A stretch of 64,000 nt of DNA, from assembly GCF_036321535.1 (NCBI RefSeq), contig NC_087447.1:248001-312000 (forward strand), in the 5' to 3' direction. A model generated the notes under the pieces. That model worked only from the letters and a program-made list of their open reading frames with translations. It had not been told where the DNA came from and made no database searches. Origin of the DNA: Camelus dromedarius. Its lineage: Eukaryota. The translations under genes were made by a program, and so were the position numbers. Shown here piece by piece: positions 1 to 11,800 of this stretch (the stretch's first letter is position 1; each line of letters opens with the position of its first letter).

Positions 1-851
1 GTCGGCCCTGCTCCGCTGCTTCTGCCGCCGGGTCTCCTTGTACCTCAGGGTGATGTCCCTGGTGGCAGCGGGGGCCGCGTCACCACCAGCTGGGCCCTGG
101 AGGTCCCTGCCACTGCCCCGCGGACGCGCCCCCGCGGGTGCCAGCGCGGGCAGGGCAGAGCCGAGCCGCGCAGGGCCTGGCGCCTCGGACCCGACCGGGG
201 AGAGGCCCGGAGGCGCAGGGCCGTGGCGTGCGGGCTCACCGCAGGAAGAAGCGCCAGACGGTCCAGGTGAGGGCGAGCACGGAGCCGAGCGTCCAGCACT
301 GCGAGATGTAGAAGGGCAGGGACAGCGTGAGCGTCTGCGGGTCATACTTGACCACGATGAGCAGCTCCGTGACCGTGATGGCCGCCACCAGCCAGGCCTG
401 CTGGCCCAGCTTCTTGTGGGGCTTCCTGCAGGGGAGGCGTCGGCTGAGGGCGTGCAGGCCAGCTCGGCCCGAGGGGCAGCACCGGCTCCCCCCGTGCCTC
501 CCCGGCCCCCGTGGCCCTCACGGGTCGTCCATGAAGTCGTAGATCTCCCGCATGGCCACGCCGCCCACGTTGACGAAGAAGACCAGCCGCAGGAGGACCA
601 GGCAGTGCTCGGGGGGCAGCCACAGCACGAACTTCAGGTAGAACGTGTTCAGTTCTGCCAACAAAAACTGGGGGCAGAGGAGGGTGGGGGTGAGCCCGGT
701 GCCCGGGGGCCGCGCGCGGGAGGCCGCCAGCCTTACCACCAGGACGATGCCGCACACGGCCAGCCAGCGGCGCAGACTGGACGCGGGCTTCCACTCGAAG
801 CGCACCCAGCTGTAGGGCGTGAACTGGAAGGCGATCCTCTTCATCTTGCCC
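1..851 (-). CDS. PTDSS2: Phosphatidylserine synthase 2, last four coding exons (about exons 9-12); last exon truncated by the window edge
   Basis: Exons 737-851, 522-667, 240-425 and <1-58, all GT-AG and in frame. They translate to [38 protein letters not shown] / [49 protein letters not shown] / [62 protein letters not shown] / [13 protein letters not shown], the recognisable PTDSS2 C-terminal half. Confidence 0.93.
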
Positions 852-1017
852 CTAGAACCAGGGCTGTCACCTGGGGCGGCACCGCCCCCGCCCCGCCCCG
901 CCCCCAGGCCTCTTCCTGGGCCACTTCCCCCAGGGAGGGCGGCCAGGGCGGGGTGGTCCGGAGAAGGGCCGGCAGGGACGCCGAGGCCCCGTGGGGCAGG
1001 GTGGCTCCTGGGACGTA

Positions 1018-1149
1018 NNNNNNNNNNNNNNNNNNNNNNNNNNNNNNNNNNNNNNNNNNNNNNNNNNNNNNNNNNNNNNNNNNNNNNNNNNNNNNNNNNN
1101 NNNNNNNNNNNNNNNNNNNNNNNNNNNNNNNNNNNNNNNNNNNNNNNNN
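1018..1149. other. Assembly gap (132 N)
   Basis: Run of N. The expected preceding PTDSS2 exon is not found on the far side of the gap. Confidence 0.99.
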
Positions 1150-1719
1150 GCCGGGGGAGGTGGGTGCCACAGACCCCACCCCATCCTGTCCGGGGCCACC
1201 ACTCCGCCTCCCGGGCCCATGGGAGAGCCAGTCCCCGCCCTACATGCGAGGCCTCAAATAGAAAGTTTAAAACACTGATATCAAAAAAAGCAGCCATATG
1301 CATGCCCAAGATGTCACCGTGCCTCGTGGGTAGAGACTTCTGTGGGCATCAGGCCACCCTCCTCCCAGGTCTCGGTCAGCCAGCCAGCCCTTTGGGCCAC
1401 AGCATGGGAGTCCTCAGGGAAAGATGTTGGAAAGCTAGGGACACCCAGCCCTGGTGTTGTTCCAGCAAAAGTGATGGCAAGTCCAGGGGTGACCAAGATG
1501 GTGAGGGCAGAGGGCTGCTCGGGTGCCACTGGGAGAGGACTGCAGGGAGCGCGAATCCCTCTCAGAAGACTGAAGGTGAACTACCGGGAACAGATCCCCT
1601 CTTCGTACCTGGGCAGGAAGTGGCCCAGGCCAAGCCAGGGGACCCTCAGGGGCTCTACCAAATCCCCCATGCCACCACCAGCACTCAGGGCACATTTCTC
1701 TACACACACAAACTTCTGG

Positions 1720-1810
1720 AAACTTCGTTAGCCTGCAGAACCTGTTTCCCCATCCGTAAAATGGGGACAATCGCAGCTCAGCTATGGGAACCCTGGTAGG
1801 ATTAAGGCCA
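1720..1810 (+). mobile_element. MIR SINE core fragment
   Basis: CCTGTTTCCCCATCCGTAAAATGGGGACAAT resembles the MIR core (..CTCAGTTTCCTCATCTGTAAAATGGGGATAAT..). Confidence 0.55.
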
Positions 1811-4284
1811 GAACCTAAGCAAAGCCTTGAGCACCCTGCCTGCACCACGAAGCCCGTGAGTGGTGACTGGTGCGTCCCTGGGGCCCCAGCACAGTCCTCC
1901 TGGGGGAGGAAGCATTAGCTTTCACATCTCGAGTGACAAGGAACTCAGCACTTCTCCCCGCCTTCCCTGCATCTGGGGGCCACCATGGGGGACCAGCCGC
2001 TGCCTCCTAGCCAGTCCGCTCTCAATCACTTCATTCTCCTCACAGAGGCTGACGTCCTTTGAAACACAAATCTGGCATGTCACTCCCCTACTGAAGCACC
2101 CCACACTGGTCCCCCACCCTCTTCCACGTCCCCATCCACTCATGCGCTCCAGCTGCCCTGCTCCCTTTTGGGTCCTCTCTGGGGCCTCTGCAAGGCTCCT
2201 CTCTCTGCCCCAGAGGAGTAAGAGGTCCTGGAGGCTCCTGGCAGCCCGGCCAGCCCAACAGCACCACTGCATGTCGGCTGCTGTGTCTGAGTCCCACCCG
2301 ACCCTAGAAGAGCTCCCGCGAGAAGCTGCGTCTGTCTCGGTCACACAGCTGGCCCAGAGCAGCACCAGCGCCTGGGAAGAGCTCAGAACCACAAGCGGTG
2401 GACGGATGGGCTGAGGTGCAGGCAGCGGATTGGGCGAGGGGGAGCTGTATCCCTCCATGACCTTCCCTACTGAAGGTGCACGACGCGGGGTGGGCGGCGC
2501 GTGGGGGATGCCTGGCCCCAGGCGTCCGCCCCGGGAGCCGGGGGATCAGGGGCGGTGCCGTGGTGCAAGTCCAGGAAGGCTCAATGGAGGAGGTTGGCCC
2601 TGGGCTGCACTTGGCGGGAGACAAGCCCTCAGGACTTTGGAAGGTTCGCCAGCGTGGGCGCAAGTTTGCCAACAGGAAGCGCCAGGACGCGCAGGGCTGG
2701 AGTAGCAAGACCGGCGCCTCCTGGGTCTCCGCGAGCGAGCGCGCTGCACCCCTACACCTAGCACGTCAACTCGTTCTGATCTGCCCCCACCCCTGCAGGC
2801 TGGGTGGCCCCGGGCAATCTACTTAGGTTCTCTGTACTCCAGCGCGCTCCTGAATTTTGTTTTATTTTCCTGCTTACATTTTCAAGCTTTTCTCCAGGTC
2901 CTCTGGTGCCTAATAGCCGTCCTCCAGCCTCTGAAAGGAAGTGGGGTGGGGTGCCCTCTTGATACCCCTCAGGCTCCGCCTGCAGATGCCTGGCAGCCCC
3001 TCACACCTGCTGAGTGCCCCTTGGCAGTGAGTGGCCCCCAGGTTACCAAAGTCAGCATCAGGGGTCCTCCTTCCATCCTGCCTCCTGCTCTGTCCCTCAG
3101 CCCTGAGAGCCATCCCGTCCACCACCTGCTGCTTACCCCCAGCTCCTCCTTCAGAAACTTCTGTAACAACTGCCCGGGGTCCCCACCTCCGGTAGATGCC
3201 TCAGCCCAGTCTCTAAGCCTGGTCACTTGGAGGGGTGTAAATGCTAACCTCCCCTCTTGGGCCCCCATAGCCTTTCCTTCTGCCTTCCCAGGGCAGAGTC
3301 CAGGCTCCCCCCTTCCACCCACCTCCCAAGGAGGAGCATCACTCACCTTTCCAGGCCCTCAGGTTCCAGGTTCTCAAAACTTGACAGTGCACCAAAGCAG
3401 ATCCCCAGGCCCTGCGCACACAGACGGACCTACCGCTTGTTTTCTAAGCTCCCTGGGTGAGTCTTCCTCCATCTGCCAGGGATACCCCTCCTCCAGAAAG
3501 TCCACCATCAAGCCGGGTACTGAATCCCCCTTGTGCTGTCTCCCCATGCACGGGCTCAAGGGAGAAGAGGACTCTCGTGGAGGAAGGAGCAGGAGGCTGG
3601 TCGCAGGGGTCGGACTGGGCTCTGAGCTTAAGGTGGGGACCTGTCCGAGCCATAGCAGGCCCCTCAGGCCCTGCAGCAGTTAGAGAAAGCTCCTGAGCTC
3701 TAGAGCACACTGAGCCACCAAGGCCGGAGATCGGAGGTGGGAGGGTCTACGTGTCCTCAGGGAGGCTTCTCACAGCCGGGGGCACCCGTAGCCTCTCCTG
3801 CCAAGAGTCCTCAGAACCAGCCCTGGGGACCCTGCAGGCTGTTGAAAACCAGGCCACGGGGTACCTGCCTGGTGCTTCCTCTCCCTCCCGTGGCTCCAAC
3901 CCCACCAAAGCCCATTCCATCCCTCTGCGGCTCCGTCCTTCCACCCGGGGCCTCTGCACAAGTCCCCTCCAGTCCCCACCTGCAGTCTGCCCTTCAAGGC
4001 TGGCTTCCTGGTCATGCAGCCCAGCCTGGCCTCCGCAGGCCCCAGGAGGCCCCGGGTGGACTCCGTGTGAAGGGCGGGTCCTGGCCCATGCCAGGCGTGC
4101 ACCTTCAGGCACACTCAGCACCGCACAAACTTGTCTCCCGGGATTTTTCCACACAAAACATGTCTCCCTGGGAAGCAACCGGTCTGATGAGCTGGCGGGG
4201 TGTGCGGGCGTTCCCACTCCTCCCTCCCAGGGCCCCCACAGTCCCATCCCACACCGAGGCCCCAGCAGCTGTGCTGGGCCCGGG

Positions 4285-4371
4285 ATGGAGCCCAGGACTC
4301 CTGGACCTCGACCGGCAGCAGTGGCCTCTGGGATGAGCCCCAGGGCCGGCGGTATCCGGACCACCAGCGGG
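4285..4371 (+). CDS. PKP3: Plakophilin-3 alternative first coding exon 1b (PKP3b isoform)
   Basis: GGGATGG start, 29 codons MEPRTPGPRPAAVASGMSPRAGGIRTTSG, then a GTAGGT donor at 4372 in phase 0. Resembles the human PKP3b N-terminus as I recall it (MESWTPRPSAVASGMSWEAGGIRTTSR). A matching in-frame acceptor (CTGCAG|CCC) lies inside exon 1a at 5932/5933. Confidence 0.75.
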
Positions 4372-5014
4372 GTAGGTCTACCACTGGGCACCCCTCCAAG
4401 AGGTGACTCCAACTCAGGCTTCCTCCCCAGGCTTCACCCTGACATTTCTGGGGCCCCTCCCCTCCCCCTCCAATCCCCCCTCCCTGACCTCTGATTCCCA
4501 CCCCTCAGTCTCCTCCCCAGCACTGACCTTACCACTAGGGTTGCCTCCCGACACCCCCTCCCGCCTGCCTCACCCCTAGGCCACTGTCCTCCAGCCATCA
4601 TCTCCACCCGGGACCATGTCCCCTGCCTTCAGGGGTCCGGGGCCCAGGGCAAGGGCTTCCCATGGGCGAGAGGGCCACTCAGGGTGGGCTCCATGACTTT
4701 CGAGGGGGAACCCAGGAGGTACAAGAGGCCACTTGATCCCCACCCCTCCAGCCCTCCTGAGCTCACCCCTTGCCCCACCCAGTCTGCCAGGGGCTTGTCC
4801 TGGATCCATGCCAGGCCTACCCCGGAGGCCTTGCAGTAGGCTGGTCCAGCTGAGGGGGCAAGCCCCACCATGCCTGGGCCTCCCCCCATCTCTGACCCTA
4901 CGCCCCCCACTCCCCACACTGCTCCAACCCCTCCTCGTCCTGCTCTCTCAGACTCCCAGGCTCTTCCCTGCACATACCAGGTCCTGCGCCCCGAGCCAGT
5001 GCGGGAGGGCCCTC

Positions 5015-5070
5015 TGAGTCAGCCCCCGGGGGCAGTCCTGCCTGCCCCTGCTGAGCTGAGCCCTGACTCA
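5015..5070. promoter_or_regulatory. Pair of consensus AP-1 sites upstream of PKP3 exon 1a
   Basis: TGAGTCA at 5015-5021 and TGACTCA at 5064-5070. Motif match only. Confidence 0.35.
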
Positions 5071-5700
5071 GTGTTGGGAACGGTTTCCCACCCCCACACC
5101 CTGGGGGGCAGGAGCACAGGAGGGGCTCCAGAGAGGGCCAAGCCAGTCCTTTGGAGGCCTCTGCAGAGGGGGGCGGTGGGGGGTGGTTTCTGGGGTCTAC
5201 AGGAGGAGATCTGGAAGGTCACGAGCCTGGGGGTGAGCCTCACACTTCCGGGGTCTCTCGGGCACCAAGGACCTGGACAAGGGCCCCCAGAGCCCCCTTC
5301 CACCCTAAAGCTCCACTCAATTCCTTTACCTTCAAGCCTGTCCACTACCACTGACTTGAAGCCGCACCACCCCTGCCCCCACCTGCCCCCGTCTAGGCCT
5401 CATTCCAGCCTCACGGTTGGGCCGCCTGGTCCGTGGAGTTACCTGGAGCCCCCAGCTCCTCAGGGAGGGGGAGGCCCACCCTCAGATTTCCAGAGGGGGC
5501 AGCCATAGGCTCCCCAGGGGCCTCTCTAGGCCCTTCCCTAACACTCAGGACAGCGGGCTCAGAGGACTTGCTATGGCCTTTGCTTGCTGTGAACAAAGGG
5601 CCTGGACCCCTCTGCCCGTCTCCTGGGTCGGGCGAAAGGAGGGGAACATGCAGGGCCTGTTCTTCCGCCCAAATTCCAGCAGGCAGCGGCCCCTCCCTCC

Positions 5701-5715
5701 CACCTGGCCCAGGTG
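5701..5715. promoter_or_regulatory. Bipartite E2-box (ZEB/SNAI-type) in the PKP3 proximal promoter
   Basis: CACCTG (5701-5706) and CAGGTG (5710-5715), inverted and 3 bp apart, about 190 bp upstream of the ATG. PKP3 is a known ZEB1-repressed gene. Confidence 0.45.
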
Positions 5716-5896
5716 TCCCCGCCCCTAGCTGAGCTCAGGGCTGGGCGGGTGTCTGTCTCTAGGCCAGCCCTGGGCGAGGCCAGCGGGGAGGGGACTTCAG
5801 GGACAGGGCCGCACAGAAGAGACGGCGGAGACAGCCCGGGCTGGAGGCGGCTGCCGGGCCCAGGCCAGGTGGACCCAGCCCCGCGTGCCAGCCGCC

Positions 5897-8800
5897 ATGC
5901 AGGACGGTAACTTCCTGCTGTCGGCCCTGCAGCCCGAGGCCGGCGTGTGCTCCCTGGCACTGCCCTCCGACCTGCAGCTGGACCGCCGGGGCGCAGACGG
6001 GCCAGAGGCTGAGCGGTTGCGGGTGGCCCGGGTCCAGGAGCAGGTCCGCGCTCGCCTCCTGCAGCTGGGCCAGCAGCCACGGCCCAATGGGGCCGCCGAG
6101 CCTGAGGGGGCCGCCGAGGCAGCCAGAGGAGGTAGGCGGATACGGGCAGGGTGGGCAGCGGGCGGTGGCGGCCAGAGTGGCCCCAGCGGGTGTGGTGGTG
6201 CGAGGGCCAGAGGCCGTGGTGCAGCCGACTCTGGGCTCAGCTCCCTGACTCACCCAGGCCATGACTTGAGTCACCGCCCCGCCCCAGCGGGCGTGGGAGA
6301 AGCCATAGGTGGGGCCTCCCACCTCCCAGCGGGGTCCCCTGGGTCCTCCCTGCAAGCCTGGTCCGGCCTCACCTGCCCCTTGGCCCTGAGTCCCGGCCCC
6401 CAGTTGGGGGACAACCGGCGGCGCAGCACATGGCACGCCAGCCAGGCCCATCTCTGCCGATAAACACGGAACACACACACGTCCAGGCCCCCATGACACG
6501 GGCTCACACACGGCCTCAGAGACACGCAGACACACATCAGTCCCACAGAGACACAAACACACTGAGACACGGACACCCAGGCTATAGTGTTCCTCCACCC
6601 TCACCCTGCCCCCAGCCCCCATGGGAATGAGCAGACAGAAAGATGAGGGGTGGGGTCTGGGGCTCCTGGCCCAGAGCCACCCACCTGTCTGGGCCAGGGT
6701 CTCCCCAGGGAATTGCAGTGGAGGGACCTGTTGGAGTGACCCACATAATCTCTGTGAGAGCAGCGGCTGGGGGACTGCCCCTCGTGCCAGGCAGCCCCCC
6801 GTGTAGGAATCCCAATCCCCCGGTGCATGCATGCGTGTGCGTGCATGTGTGTGATGAATGTGTGAGTACGTGTGAGTGTGTGTGCGTGCATGAGTGTTGA
6901 AGGATCCCACGGATGCAGCGAGTTCTGGGCACTGGCTCTAGAAGGGCCATTTCCTCCCTTCCAGGCTGCAGCAACAGGGATCAATGTTAGGTGGTAAGAT
7001 GAACCTTCCAGGAAGTCACAGGCCAAGACCTCGGGTCTAAGTTGTTCACAAGATGATTGGAGGGCCCCCACAGTCCTGGCCTCCAGCCTCTGGTCAGAGG
7101 AAGGAGGGTCAGCCAGGGTCGTCAGGGCAGCCTGGATTCCTGGGTACCCCCCTCCCTAGGCTTCAGCCTTGCTTATGGCCAAGTTGGGTGCCCAGGGGTC
7201 ATGAGGTAGAGGAGGGAGCAGGGAGGGGTTAATTACCACCCTGGCTACCCTGCCAATTAGGGAAAAGAGGATTATAATTTGGGGGTGGGGGTAAGGTCCC
7301 CAGGCTCGGGGCGTGCCCCCCCAGGCTCAGCCTCGCTAGCGTCAAAGGGTTAATAGCCCCTGCCCAGAAGCCTCATTAACCAGGGCGGGTCTGGGGAGCA
7401 TGCTGGGTTGGGGAGTCCCCCTAGACCGATGTGGGGCAGAGGTTGGGGGAGGGGCCAAGGCCCCTCTTCCCTTCACCCCCACCCTGAGTCCCATCAGCCA
7501 GGTCACTGTCCCCTGGCCTTTGGGGAGAGGGGACTCTTCCTCCTCCAGGTGTGGCCCCAGCAGGACTCTGGCAGAGGCTAACCACCCCCAGGAACTCCCT
7601 CCAGGCTTAAAGACCCAACCCCGGGCATCGCCCAGGCGATGCCACCCCAGCCTGTTGCCACTGCTCTACCTTGGTTTGACCCTTGCCCAGCTCTTCCAGT
7701 GCGCCTGACCAAGCACAGCCCACCCACCCGTCCATTCTGCATCTGACACATACTCGTTCAGTTGTCCCTTCACCAGCTCGCCATCCTCCCAGCTTAGTTA
7801 TCCCTTCACCTAGCAGTCTGTTCATCCACCCACCCATCCTTCCAATGGTCCAACTCGCCCTCCCCCCATCTCTCCACCCTCCACCCACCCACTCGTCCGT
7901 CCACTCACCAGGTAGTCAGGCTGGCGCCAGAGCCCTCAGTCTGTGTGTGGCTGGGGGCGGGTGTGGCTCTGCCAGGTGGGTCAAGGGACTGCCCCTCAGG
8001 GCACCAGTCCAGGGAGACTTGTGTCCTCGGTGAGTGTGGCATCACTCTGGGGTGACCACAGCACTGGACGGGCTCACAGGAGGTCAGGGTGGCTTCCTGG
8101 GGGAGGCAGCCAGGCACTGTACCCTGGCAGGGCTGAGAGCTAATGTAGGAGTCCCTGGCACACTCCCCAGGCAGCCTCAGGGAGGGAGCAAACACGGCTG
8201 GCAGGGTACAATGAGGCAATGGCAGAGACACTGGCACCTGGCCCTGGAGTCCACCCAACCTCCCTGCCAGGCCTCAGGGTCAGAGAGGAGTCAGGAGGCC
8301 AGCACTTGGCCATCAGCCCAGCCAGGCTCCGCTGTCCCTGTCCACAGGTGGGTCCCGGGCCGGGTACCACACCCTGCAGGCTGGCTTCAGCTCCCGCTCC
8401 CAGGGCCTGAGTGGGGACACCACCTCGGTGAGTGACACCCTTTCCAGCCCAAAGGGTCACATGAGGGGGGTTCTGGGGTAGGCTGAGGGCTTCAGGGTCA
8501 GGAGGAGGGGACTGGCGCCAGGAGAGCCGCCGCACCCCTCACTGTCCATCCCCCCCCCCCCGCCTACCCGCAGACCTTCCGGCCCATCGCCAAACCTACC
8601 TACAGCCCTGCTTCCTGGTCCTCCCGTTCAGCCGTGGACCTGAGCTCCAGTCGGAGGCTGAGCTCTGCCCACAATGGGGGCAGTGCCTTTGGGGCTGCCG
8701 GGTACGGGGCTGCCCAGCCTGCTGCACCAATGCCCACCCGGCCCGTGTCCTTCCACGAGCGTGGCAGGGTGGGGAGCCGGGTGGATTATGACACCTTGTC

Positions 8801-11800
8801 CCTGCGCTCCCTGAGGCTGGGGGCCGGGGGCCCGGATGACCGCTACAGTGTGGTGTCCGAGCAGCTGGAGCCGTCCGCTGCCTCCGCGTACAGGTCCTTT
8901 GCCTATGAACGCCATGCCAGCTCCAGCTCTGGCCAGGCTGGGGGTCTGGATTGGCCGGAGCCCACCGAGGGACCACCCAGCCGGACCATCCGTGCCCCCG
9001 CCATGCGAACCCTGCAGCGATTCCAGAGCAGCCACCGCAGCCGTGCGGGGCCTGGGGGGCCGCCGGGGGCCGTCCTGGAGCCTGTGACCCGGGCGCCATC
9101 CGTGCGCAGCCTCAGCCTCAGCCTGGCTGACTCGGGCCACCTGCCGGACATGCGTGCGCTGGACAGCTACGGTAGCCACCGCACACTGCAGAGGCTCAGC
9201 AGCGGGTGAGCTGGGCCTGGCTCTGGGAGGGGCTTCTGCCATGACCCTAGTCCGTCCCTGGGTCAGCCTGACACCTGCCGCCTGTCTCTGCAGCTTTGAT
9301 GACATTGACCTGCCCTCAGCAGTCAAGTACCTCATGGCTTCAGACCCCAACCTGCAGGTGCTGGGAGCGGCCTACATCCAACACAAGTGCTACAGTGACG
9401 CGACGGCCAAGAAGCAGGTGACCACCCTGCTGCCCGTGGCCCCCGGCCTGGGGACACCCTGCATTGGCCCCCCTTCGCTCACTGCCCTCCAGTCCCTGAC
9501 CACCCCTTGCAGATCCCCAAGCTGACTGGGCAGACCTGGTCCTGCTCAGAGCCTCCTCAGCAGAGGACGGGCAGGAGGGAGTGACTTGTGTATGTCTGCA
9601 CACACCTGCATGTATCCCCACACACCTGCTTACATCCGCACGTCTGCACGTGCCTGCGTGCACTGGGGTAACGTCCACACATCAGTGTACAAGCGCTATA
9701 CAAGTGCACATGTTCACAGCATCCGTACACGCCTACATACACTGGCACACGTCTACACACCTGCATCATTTACATAAGCCTGCATGCACGTACACACATC
9801 CACCTGCATACACCCGTGCGCGTCCACCCTTGCACGCGTGCTGACACCTGCATGCCTGTGCCTGCAGGCCCGCAGCCTTCAGGCCGTGCCCAGGCTGGTG
9901 AAGCTCTTCAACCACGCCAACCAGGAGGTGCAGCGCCATGCCACGGGCGCCATGCGCAACCTCGTGTATGACAGCGCGGACAACAAGCTGGCCCTGGTGG
10001 AAGAGAACGGCATCTTCGAGCTGCTGCGCACGCTGCGCGAGCAGGACGACGAGCTGCGCAAGAACGTCACAGGTGGCCCTGGGCCCCACCGCCCGGCCAC
10101 CCCGCGCCGCCCCGCCTGCCTCTTCCCTGGGTCCCCACCGCTGTTTCTGGGGCTTGTCTCTTTGGAGCTGACCTTGCACCCCAGACCCCAGGCCCCGTGT
10201 CCCCAAGTGTCCTCTCTGCTCTGTTGCAGCCCCGTGACCCTGCAGGTCACACTCAGGCTCTCCCCATCGAGGCTCTTGGGTGAGGCTGGAAGTGCCAGGC
10301 GGGGCCCAGGGAGAGAGAGGTCAGGAGCCTCCTCCCCACCATCCCTGGAAGAGCCAGAGGGGCTGGTGGGCTGCCCCTGACCACGGACTTGGCCCCCTGC
10401 CGCAGGGATCCTGTGGAACTTGTCCTCCAGTGACCACCTGAAGGACCGCCTGGCCCGAGACACGTTGGAACAGCTCACAGACCTGGTGCTGAGCCCCCTC
10501 TCGGGGGCTGGGGGACCCCCCCTCATCCAGCAGAACGCCTCAGAGGCCGAGATCTTCTACAACGCCACGGGCTTCCTCAGGTGCGCTGGGCGGGGTGGGG
10601 GAGGCCCGAGAAGGGGCCTTTGGGTCTGAGGTCTGAATGACATGGCGGAGGTGGCCGCGGGCTGGGAGATGTGGACAGACAAGCGAGGCAGAGTGCTGAT
10701 GCAGGAGGGGATCAGGCCATCAGGTGTGTCCCCCAGTCAGATGTCGACAGACTCTGGGTTCACAGGCTGAGGTTTCCTTACATCAGGGACTTGGTCTGAC
10801 ATTTATAACCTCTCTCCGCCCCCGGGCACTTTGAGGAGAGGGTTGGGGATGGGCAGGCAGAGGGGTCAGGGCCGCCGTGTCCCCCCCATCCCAGGACTAG
10901 GAGCAGGAGGTGCCTGGGGCAGGGCCCAGCTCAGGGGAAGGAGAGGGTTGGTGCTCAGGATCTCAGCCCTTGGTTTTGGGCCCCTGTGGCTGTTTGGGGG
11001 GGGGGGTCCCTGTGGGAGGTGAGCTCTGCCTGGGGTCCCTGTGGCGGTCTCTGATCTGCCTCCACCCACAGGAACCTCAGCTCAGCCTCCCAGGCCACTC
11101 GTCAAAAGATGCGTGAGTGCCACGGGCTGGTGGATGCCCTGGTCACCTATATCAACCACGCCCTGGACGTGGGCAAGTGTGAGGACAAGGTGAGGGTCGG
11201 CCAGTGCCTGGGGGCCTGAGGGGCTCCAGCCTGCTCTAACTGCTGCCCGCCCTCTGCAGAGCGTGGAGAATGCTGTGTGCGTGCTGAGGAACCTGTCCTA
11301 CCGCCTGTATGACGAGATGCCGCCATCTGCCCTGCAGCGGCTGGAGGGCCGGGGCCGCCGGGACGTGGTGGGGGTGCCGCCCGGCGAGGTGGTGGGCTGC
11401 TTCACTCCGCAGAGCCGGCGGCTCCGAGAGGTGGGAGTGGGCCTGGGTTGGTGGGAGCAGAGGTGCTGGCCTGCCCGCAGCTGACCCTCTGCCCTCTTCT
11501 CCCAGCTGCCCCTCATGGCTGATGCGCTCACCTTTGCCGAGGTGTCTAAGGACCCCAAGGGCCTTGAGTGGCTGTGGAGCCCCCAGATCGTGGGGCTGTA
11601 CAACCGGCTGCTGCAGCGTTGCGAGCTCAACCGGCACACCACCGAGGCGGCCGCTGGGGCACTGCAGAACATCACTGCGGGCGACCGCAGGGTGAGGGCC
11701 CCTGCGGACACCCGGCAGGTGTCCTGGGCACCACAGGGCTGTGCCTGGCCTGACCCACACCTGCCCACGGGTCGGGGATACGAGGGGTGAACAGGAGACA

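Noticed and set aside
737-851. PTDSS2 3' piece as a processed pseudogene
   Set aside because: All introns are present with intact GT-AG sites and there are no disabling mutations.
38-1799. Long ORFs (407, 326 and 263 aa) at the left end
   Set aside because: They run through Ns, are antisense or off-frame shadows of GC-rich PTDSS2 exons and introns, and are Pro/Gly/Arg-rich with no domain.
1150-4200. Search for B4GALNT4 3' exons or any unannotated gene upstream of PKP3
   Set aside because: No recognisable coding exon. One strong acceptor-like tract at about 2860-2898 has no supporting donor or ORF.
5644-5662. p53/p63-like element GAACATGCAGGGCCTGTTC near the PKP3 promoter
   Set aside because: Core spacing is one base short of canonical and both half-sites have mismatches; too weak to call.
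8596-9350. Minus-strand ORFs of 167-240 aa over PKP3 exon 3 (similar ones at 9879-10526 and 11236-11768)
   Set aside because: Antisense shadows of GC-rich coding exons; no independent coding signal.
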